Below, one piece after another: positions 55,400-64,000 of a DNA stretch of 64,000 nt. Made by a program: the position numbers and the translations under genes. Where the stretch lies: contig OX597815.1 of NCBI GenBank assembly GCA_951406725.2, forward strand, positions 101,556,001 through 101,620,000, written 5' to 3'. How positions within the stretch are numbered: the first letter of the stretch is position 1; each line of letters starts with the position of its first letter. The DNA comes from Octopus vulgaris (taxonomy: Eukaryota). The notes under the pieces were generated by a model. It did no database searches, was not told the DNA's origin, and saw only the letters and a program-made list of their open reading frames with translations.

Positions 55400-55570
55400 T
55401 TTATCGTCTGCCTTTATGTACTAAGTTCAAATTCCGCCGAGGTCGACTTTGCCTGTCATCCTTACGGAGTTGATAAGATAAGTATCAGTTAAAACAGGGG
55501 ATTGATTACATCGACTTAAACCCGCCATCGAGATTGCTGGCCTCGTGCCAAAAATTGCAACCAATATTAA
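55400..55570 (+). mobile_element. Old family A SINE fragment
   Basis: GTTCAAATTCCGCCGAGGTCGACTTTGCCTGTCATCC core. Confidence 0.75.
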
Positions 55571-55791
55571 ATTTAAATAATCTAGATATAACTTTAATTC
55601 TTAATAACGATAAAAATATTATCCACCTCATAAATCAGAAAGGTCATGTTTAAAATAACCATCTCAGACTCTAAAATTAATTTCTTTTTCAATTCACGCG
55701 GTGAAAAAAGGGTATAATTTGTGATATGATTAAAAAAAAGGCAAAATATATTTGAAATGGGATTGAAGGGGAAAAAGGTGTCTTCTTCTTC

Positions 55792-55823
<32 letters not shown>

Positions 55824-57049
55824 CTTCTTCTTCTTCTTCGTCTTCTTCTTCTTCTTCTTCTTCTTCTTCTTCTTCTTCTTCTTCTCTTCCTCCTCCTCCT
55901 CCTCCTCTTCCTCCTTTCTCGATCTCTCTCTAACCTCATCAAATCGTGTCACGCTGATTCGATCTGATACTTACATTAATAGCACACGCATCTGAGGAAT
56001 ACTGAACCATTTGCACGTCAATATCACGAGTAGGAAGGAATTCAGTTGATCCACCACCTGACTGCTCATCGTCGAAACTGATGGAGAATCCATCGCTTAT
56101 GAAATCATGGAATTATGTAGAATCTGCTACTGGTAAAGTCAAACCGGGAAATCAGTTAACGGGACTTTGATGACAGTCTTACATAAGTTCAGTTTTGAAT
56201 TACTCCACTTTATTCATTATTCTATAAATATCATCAATTGTAATTTGACATATGTTATTAAGTCTTGCAACTTTAGTACGAAACTACTCTCATGAGTACA
56301 ATCACACGTGTTTTACAGATTTTAAGACGACTATAAATGGGAGTAGGGCAATATATATACACGAAGTTCTGATTGCCATCTTAGTTCACCCAATGCTATC
56401 AGCTGAAATTGGTTGTGTTTTATTACATGAATTAAAAAAGCGTTATTTTAAACTTTGAATCTGAATATTCTTTATAAAGTAATTACTTCATTATGCTATT
56501 TCATCTCGTCTGTAAAATGTCTACGCAGTACACTACGTATCTTTTTCATTGCACGCAATTACACAACTAGATACACATTTCCTACGGTTCGTCCTAATAA
56601 GCACAATCCTGTTTCTTTAAAAATAGGACCAGGCTCTTGAATAGGAGGCCTCCTCAAGGACAACGACTGCAACAACACAACGACGACATCAATAACAAAC
56701 ACAACAGCGACCACAACAACTGCTGTAATAGCATTAACATGAATGAGCCACCAAAGGGCGAAGTGGTCATAGTTCAAATGTGTTTTGACCCATGACCTGA
56801 TCAAAATGTTTGCTTGGTGTAAACATATTCAATAAGAACAAAAACAGCGTTAATAATAGCAGCAACAGCGATACCACCACCACCACCACCACCACCGCCG
56901 CCGCCGCAGCCGCCGCGCTGCCACCACCACCACTACTGACAACAAAGACAACAAACAACATCTTCAACAACTGTAGCAGCAACAACAACGGCGGCGAAGA
57001 CAATAACGACATCAGAAACATCCAAAGAAAGCATACTCATCACTCATCA

Positions 57050-57660
57050 CACAAACACACTCCCTACATCCATGTGGGGTTGGCAGAAAGAAGCCTCTTC
57101 CAGTGAACAACCTTAGCCATCAAGAAAATAAAATACATAGTTTTTCACAACTAAAACTGACATATCTGCTACACTCGATGTAATAGCCGAACGAAAGCAC
57201 GCACATTCCACATACATATACACACAAGCTCACACACACACACACAAACTGTAGATGTATACCTTATAAGTGTCCACATAAAATTCTAAACATCCCCTCA
57301 CTAACATATCTCAGACATCAACAGGCAGTAACAAACACTACACAGGCACATTCCAAGCACACTGGCCAGACTCAGAACCTTGTACTTACCATTCTCCCGC
57401 TCTAGATATCAACACAAACGATCAAACACTACCCAGGCATAGCCTAATCAAATTCGCCAAACCATATAAATCAAAACAGACATTTGTTACACTATCCTCT
57501 CTGTAAGGCGCCTACGCACGACACCACACACAAACCTACCCTTTTAGATACCCATTTCCTATGTACCGTCCCTGAAGACGCAGCCCAGTTTCTTAATAGG
57601 AATAATCCGTCCGTGAGTGGAGGGGGTAGGAGAGGGTACCCTCAAGGCCAACAGCAAGAA
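57050..57660 (+). mobile_element. Decayed LINE 3' region (I/Jockey-like zinc-knuckle end)
   Basis: TLARLRT...PLCKAPTHDTTH..PTLL..FLCTVPEDAAQFL resembles LINE C-termini of the form LA.LR.G...CP.C...HDT.H...LW..P...A.FL. Confidence 0.45.
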
Positions 57661-58468
57661 AAGGCTAATTTCGGTTTAATTCCAAACAACGTTTAACGCA
57701 CACGAAAAAAAAAAAATGAGTGTACAGTAAAATATATAAAAGTTTTTCGGTAAAAGAATGAAAAATTCAACGTTTCCAATAAATTGTCTTTGTGTATGGA
57801 TAAGTATCAGAAATATTGCGGTTTTCAATCTTTCTGGCAACTCGTTTTATTATCTACGAACTTTTATTGATAAGCTGTTGTATATTTACATGAGATTCCG
57901 AATATAAAATATGTTTGTAATATAGAATATTGGTTAGACGTGGAGTATTTGTTCTCTGCGGTCAGAATACAAATCCCGGTGAGGCCAACTTCGTAATCCA
58001 TTCTTCTGGCGCTAATATGCATCAATTCTGGTGGTAGTTTGGCGGAATTGTTAGAGCGTAGGACATGTTATCCTGTTGTTCCGGTTCTCTGAGTTCTGAC
58101 AGCAACGACTACAAGATTATCAGTGTCAAGTTGCAACGTTCTGACCTTTCTCTTGTACACTATTGCTGGCGTGAAAACGGATGACTTGCATGCATGGAAA
58201 ACCACATACAATATTTGTTATATATGAATCTAGAGTGTTACCCGTCATGTGACGGGTAAATTTACATGTATTTTTTTTTCAACAAAGAATATTTTGATAA
58301 AAGATAGATTATATTATTGTATTTATGTCATTTTTCTTGATTTTACCTATAGTGACACAAGTATGTATGTTAATATTATTGTAACAATTGTAGTGATACA
58401 TTCATTTAGAACAATTTACAATAAATTCCTAATCGATTTTTTAGAATATATATATATATACATATATA

Positions 58469-58880
58469 CCAATTCTACTATATGGCTCAGAAACCTGGAC
58501 GTTATCAAAGAAGCTTGAGAGGCGGTTGGATGGAACCTACACTCGCCTCCTTATGAGAGCTCAAAATCTCTCGTGGAAGCGTCATCCAACCAAAATGCAA
58601 ATATATGGGAAACTATCACCTTTGTCATCTCTTGTGAAAGGTAGGAGAGTCCAGTTTGCTGGACATTGTTGTAGAGCTGAAAACGAAGCAATTTCTACTC
58701 TTCTCCTCTGGAAGCCATCTACTCGCGATACCAGAGGGCGCACACTCTCCTACCCTGATGTAATCTCCAGGGATACAGGCATCTAGCAACAGGACCTCCG
58801 TAATGCTATGATGGACCGTGAAGTCTGGCGTAGCATGGTAAATTCCATTGTCTCGACCACGGTCGAACAATGATGATGAT
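58469..58880 (+). mobile_element. RTE-superfamily LINE 3' end with (TGA)n tail
   Basis: ILLYGSETWTLSKKLERRLDGTYTRLL...RRVQFAGHCCR...MMDREVWR, with one in-frame stop, ending in TGATGATGAT. Inserted in TA-rich repeats. Confidence 0.9.
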
Positions 58881-58905
58881 ATATACATGTATATGTGTAT
58901 ATATG

Positions 58906-58958
<53 letters not shown>

Positions 58959-59869
58959 ATATGTGTCTGTGTGTATGTATATATATATATATATCAGCGC
59001 AAGCTTGTCTATGTGGTGTTGGTCTTAGTCCTTGTCCACTACTGACAACAAAGACAACAAACAACATGTCTTCAAGTATAGCTCCAATGCCTCGTAAGTG
59101 AACTTGGTTGACAGTAACTGTGCAGAAACCCGTCATATAAATATGTATATATGTATGTCTTTGTGTTTTCGTTAGTCTCCCATTGCTTGGCAACCGGCGT
59201 TGGTTTGTGTCCGTCTTCATATCTTACAGGTTCGGTAAAAGAGACCGATAAAATAAGTAACAGAATTCAAAAAGAAAAAGATATATATTATAGTTGATTT
59301 GTTCGACTCAAACCATCAAGTTATCGCCCCAGCATGGTTGCAGTCCAATGACTGATACATGATATATTACATATAAATAATAGATATATAATATACATAT
59401 CTATATAAATTACACTCACGCACACACACGCACATGCACATCAATAATTAAAAACACTGCGCGTGGATAAGCTAGGTTTAAGAAACTTGGTTTTGACAAA
59501 TATTTTAGCCTCGCAGTGAAAACTATATTTCCTTACTGCCATTATTAATTTATTAATTCACATTGTCAATGCTTGTACGGATATGTAAATTAGACACGCC
59601 AGAGTTTCTCTATACTATAAATAGCAATTATATATTTTCTGTTCTCTGGATGTGAATATTTGATGAAGCTGTAATATACACTGAAACTAATTAGATCTCT
59701 CTCTTTCGTTTTTCTCAACAGAGAGGGAAAGAGAAAAAGAGAAAAAAACATTATTTCATCCACAGGTCGAATTTTCACTATCCAACTCAAATGTATGTTT
59801 ACTAAAAACACACACTACATAGTTGATCTGTTTCTGTTTTAATAACTATCCATGTGTGTATATAATCTT

Positions 59870-60132
59870 TTACACGTTTCAGTCATTTGACTGCAGCCAT
59901 GCTGGAGCATCGCCTCATATGGTTTCAGTCGAAGTAATCGATACTTAATCTATCGGACATAAACACACCAACATCGGTGTGGACAAACACACACACATAC
60001 ACATATATATAGACGGGATTCTTTCAGTTTCCGCTATCAAATCCACTCACAATGTTTTGGTCGACCTGAGGCTACAGAAGAAGACTCTTGCCCAACGTGC
60101 TACGTAGTCGGACTGAATCCGGAATCATGTGC
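59870..60132 (-). mobile_element. Family B SINE, internally deleted
   Basis: Tail GTTTCAGTCATTTGACTGCAGCCATGCTGGAGCA plus head-side homology. Confidence 0.8.
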
Positions 60133-60357
60133 TCCAGATTTGTTGTCTATGAACTCTTGCGAGCTATAATGGCTCTTAGCTGAATGTCTTTTCGTTGTAG
60201 TAGGTTTGTATATTCACAACCTTGTTCCTTTATAACGTCTTTGTTTGTGTTTCCATTATTGAAATGTGTTGATAATTTGCCATATATATATATATATATG
60301 TGTATGTATATATATATATGTATATATATGTATATATATATAGCAATTAAGGACAAC

Positions 60358-60477
60358 TACTTAATAAGGAAAACTTAACAAGAAATTGTCAGGTAGATAG
60401 CGTAAGAACCTCATAAGTACTTAATAAGGAAAACTTAACAAGAAATTGTCAGGTAGATAGCGTAAGAACCTCATAAG
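60358..60477 (+). repeat. Exact 60-bp tandem duplication
   Basis: 60358-60417 is identical to 60418-60477. Confidence 0.95.
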
Positions 60478-60667
60478 AGAAAAAAATTCGAAAATAATTA
60501 TTTCTTATTGAATATATTAATTTATATATAGAGGGCATTATATACATGCCAAACGCTAAGAGGGACAATTAGAAAATAATTATTTCTTATTGGAGATATA
60601 CTCGCATTATACATACATGCCAACGTAAGAGGGACAATTAGTGATCTACCAAGTTTCATGTGACTAT

Positions 60668-60699
<32 letters not shown>

Positions 60700-60812
60700 G
60701 CAGAGATATATGGAAGTATATATGTTATATATATATATATATATAAAGGAGATATATAGGAGATGTACTCGCATAGCAAGTAATTTGATCTCACGTGTGC
60801 TCAACAATTCAC

Positions 60813-61077
60813 TGGAAGGTGTTTTAAGCCATTTAAGAAACGCACAAAACCGTTCGATTCAGTTTAATTTGTCAAAATATTTTCGTCGCTAAAATCCGCG
60901 ACCTGTTCACTGACAAAAATCCGTGCTGCATCTCAGCACTGGGATGCAGCACGGATTTTTGTCAGTGAACAGGTCGCGGATTTTAGCGACGAAAATATTT
61001 TGACAAATTAAACTTAAATGTTGAAGTGAATCGAACGGCTTTTGTGCGTTTCTTAAATGGTTTATAAACACCTTCCA
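60813..61077. mobile_element. Near-perfect palindrome carrying two G3-C8 hammerhead motifs (60868-60917 minus; 60958-61007 plus)
   Basis: Hairpin centred on 60937-60938. Motif: tttgtca-GTGAACA-g-GTCGC ggatttta GCGAC-GAAA-ATAT-TT-tgacaaa. Confidence 0.85.
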
Positions 61078-61088
61078 CGCTGCAATTG

Positions 61089-61153
<65 letters not shown>

Positions 61154-61209
61154 AATATCACCCAGTTGCTGTTACATATAGCTGTGTGTGCTATATATAT
61201 ATATATATA

Positions 61210-61270
<61 letters not shown>

Positions 61271-61274
<4 letters not shown>

Positions 61275-61478
61275 TAATCCAAACAAGAAAGCAGAAAAAA
61301 CACAGCAACGCGAGGACGTGTAACAAATATAGTATCATTGGACGCTCAGGAAAGACGGAAAGAAGGACGGCTTAACGTTTCGAGCGGAGCTCTTCGTCGG
61401 AAACATAGGAGAAGGAAAGATCCAGAGAAGGGAAGACAGAGGAAAAAAATCGCCAACGGTACACACGAGGTCACATAC
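61271..61478 (-). mobile_element. Second copy of the 16452-16670 HHR element; HHR at 61370-61404
   Basis: The core CCGACGAAGAGCTCCGCTCGAAACGTTAA is identical to 16539-16567, while the flanks have diverged. Confidence 0.85.
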
Positions 61479-62047
61479 AAATGCACACACACACACACAC
61501 ACACGCACACACACTCACACACACACATACACACACACACACACACACACTGGCACTCCATCGATTACAACGAAGGGGCTTCCTGTTGATCCGATCAATT
61601 GATCAACCTGTTCGTTCAGTTAATATGCGATAGCAGGGCACTCTACACGTTTGATTCAGTGTGACAAGGTTGGCTCTTTGAAATACAGGTACAACTAATT
61701 TATTTCAGTTGGTTGGACTGGAACAACATGAAATAAACGTCTTGCTCAAAGATACAACGTGTCACGAGAAATCGAACTCACGACCTTAGGATCTTGAGCT
61801 GAATACCCTAACCACTTAGCCAAGTGCGCACATATATATTCTAATATCATGACCTTATGATTGATAGCCAGTTGATTATCCACAAGGACAATCGCATTCT
61901 TCCATTTTTTGCTCTCCTACCACTTTTTCCCACTCCAGCTCTCCCTCTTCTTCTTCTTCTTCTTCTTCTTCTTCTTCTTCTTCTTCTTCTTCTTCTTCTT
62001 CTTCTTCTTCTTCTTCTTCTTCTCTCTCTCTCTCTCTCTCTCTCTAT

Positions 62048-62144
<97 letters not shown>

Positions 62145-62368
62145 TGTGTGTGTATGTATAGGTGTTTGACTTAAGGCTTATGGTGTTGACCTCATGAGCA
62201 CATTGTCCCCGTCAGCAAAGACACTATATTTCACGTTGCCGTAGTTGAGGATACACAGTCACTTAAAACAAATAGCAAAACTACGGTACATGCTACCAAG
62301 TCATACAATGTTGCAAATGATGGCTGCAGTGTGTAGTGTGTACCTGTGTCTGTGTATGCGCTCGTGTG

Positions 62369-62429
<61 letters not shown>

Positions 62430-62702
62430 ACAATTATGTGTTTTAGAGCCATTTTAGCTCTTATTTCTTGCATTGTAGGTGTTTCTAATACCCTAGTCTC
62501 ATTTAGTGAGAGGTATAGTTTGCCTTTTTCGTAAAACATTTCATATTGCTGTCTATTTCAATATTATTTATGTATGTATGTATGTATGTATGTATGTATG
62601 TATGTATGTATGTATGTACGGATGGATGCATGCATGCATGTATGTACGTATGTATCAATCTGTCTGTCTGTCTGACTATCTATCTATCTATCTATCTATC
62701 TG

Positions 62703-62760
<58 letters not shown>

Positions 62761-64000
62761 CGAACAGCTACATACGCACACATGCGCACACATGCCCACA
62801 CATGCACGAGTTATACAAACACACACATACACATACACGCACACACACGCACACACATACACACGCGCACACGTAATTTTTAGTACCGAGAATGTGCGTC
62901 ACCGTTAAAAGGCTAGAAAACAGAAAACACTGATCTAAAAGTCCGATGGTAGTCGTTGACACCATTGACATATTAGTTACAGATGACACAGCAGTGTTGT
63001 CTTAAGAGTTATCATCACTTCCATTAGGCACTGATAGTGAGAAACAGCTATTAAGAAATAAATATCTAACATATTGTTTTAACAATGTCTGTATTTTATC
63101 GTTAAAGACTCACTGTATTCACCAAAGTCATTGATAACAAGGCAACAGATTTTTCTCTTAACCTTCACCCTTTATTTACACTTTATAGCCGTAAATTCCC
63201 AAAATAGCCTGCGGTGCAGTTAACTGTGCTTCTTAATGGCTTATCAAATCTTTGAGCTATATGATAAAAGCTGTTGTGAGTCTTTCAGATTTTTAGTTTA
63301 CCTCTCCCTGAAAAAAAAGCACAAAAAAAAAACAAAAAAAAAAAAAACTCAAACTATAACTGATAAGGATGTAAGAATATATGTGTGTTGTAGTAAAATA
63401 ATGTATGTACAGATGTATATACATATGGAATATATGTACTTAATATATATATTTGTAGATGTAAGTTTGTATGGATCATCACTCCTATGAAGTGGGCACA
63501 AAATTAGCCTGTATTCGTATGCACAAATATCCTACATTCAATTACACAAACGCACGCACTAAGACTTATCGATAAATCCACTCCTTTATTTCATACATAA
63601 ATAATGCATGTGCACATCCATACAAGATTTAATATGTAAAGCATGGCAGAATTATTTAACATGTCGCATGTACACATACAAACAATAAACATATAAATAC
63701 GCATGTCTCAGATTCAATTGATTAATAATTTTTTCGCTTGTGGTATTTAGTATTATCTTAACCTCTTAATTATTAATCCAAATCCATGTCGTTAGCCTAA
63801 TTGAGTTATTTCTCATAGCTCATTTTCTTTTCTTTTTAATTATTCAAATTATAGTAACTCAAAATTAGTCATTACTTTTTTAGCTTGAGTAGACAAAACT
63901 TGATTAAACTTGAGTAGACAAAACATTAGAATAATTGGCAAGACCATATTTTGTAAGATGTAAATTTTGTAAGATTTACTGCGTAAATATCAACTTCCTA

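Overview
This is AT-rich animal genomic DNA, saturated with microsatellites ((TA)n, (CA)n, (CATA)n, (TATC)n, (TTC)n) and transposon debris. Its tRNA-SINE repertoire resembles that of octopus (inference). No intact host gene is visible; almost all ORFs in the track are translations of microsatellites. Recognisable elements include a decayed R4/Dong-type RT-RLE retrotransposon, Penelope-like RT remnants, LINE 3' ends, four tRNA-SINE families, a hAT MITE, a Helentron-associated element, and a 5S rRNA copy fused to a LINE-type tail. The main unexplained signal is about a dozen minimal type I hammerhead-ribozyme (HHR) motifs in short non-coding elements, mostly next to (TA)n tracts. They have palindromic stem III and show C3-G8, U3-A8 and G3-C8 versions of the core base pair. 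The best example is a GC-rich, highly self-complementary 356-bp unit at 49968-50966, present as direct plus inverted copies, which looks like a retrozyme or circular-RNA-derived insertion. All ribozyme calls are from manual motif reading; none was folded computationally or tested.
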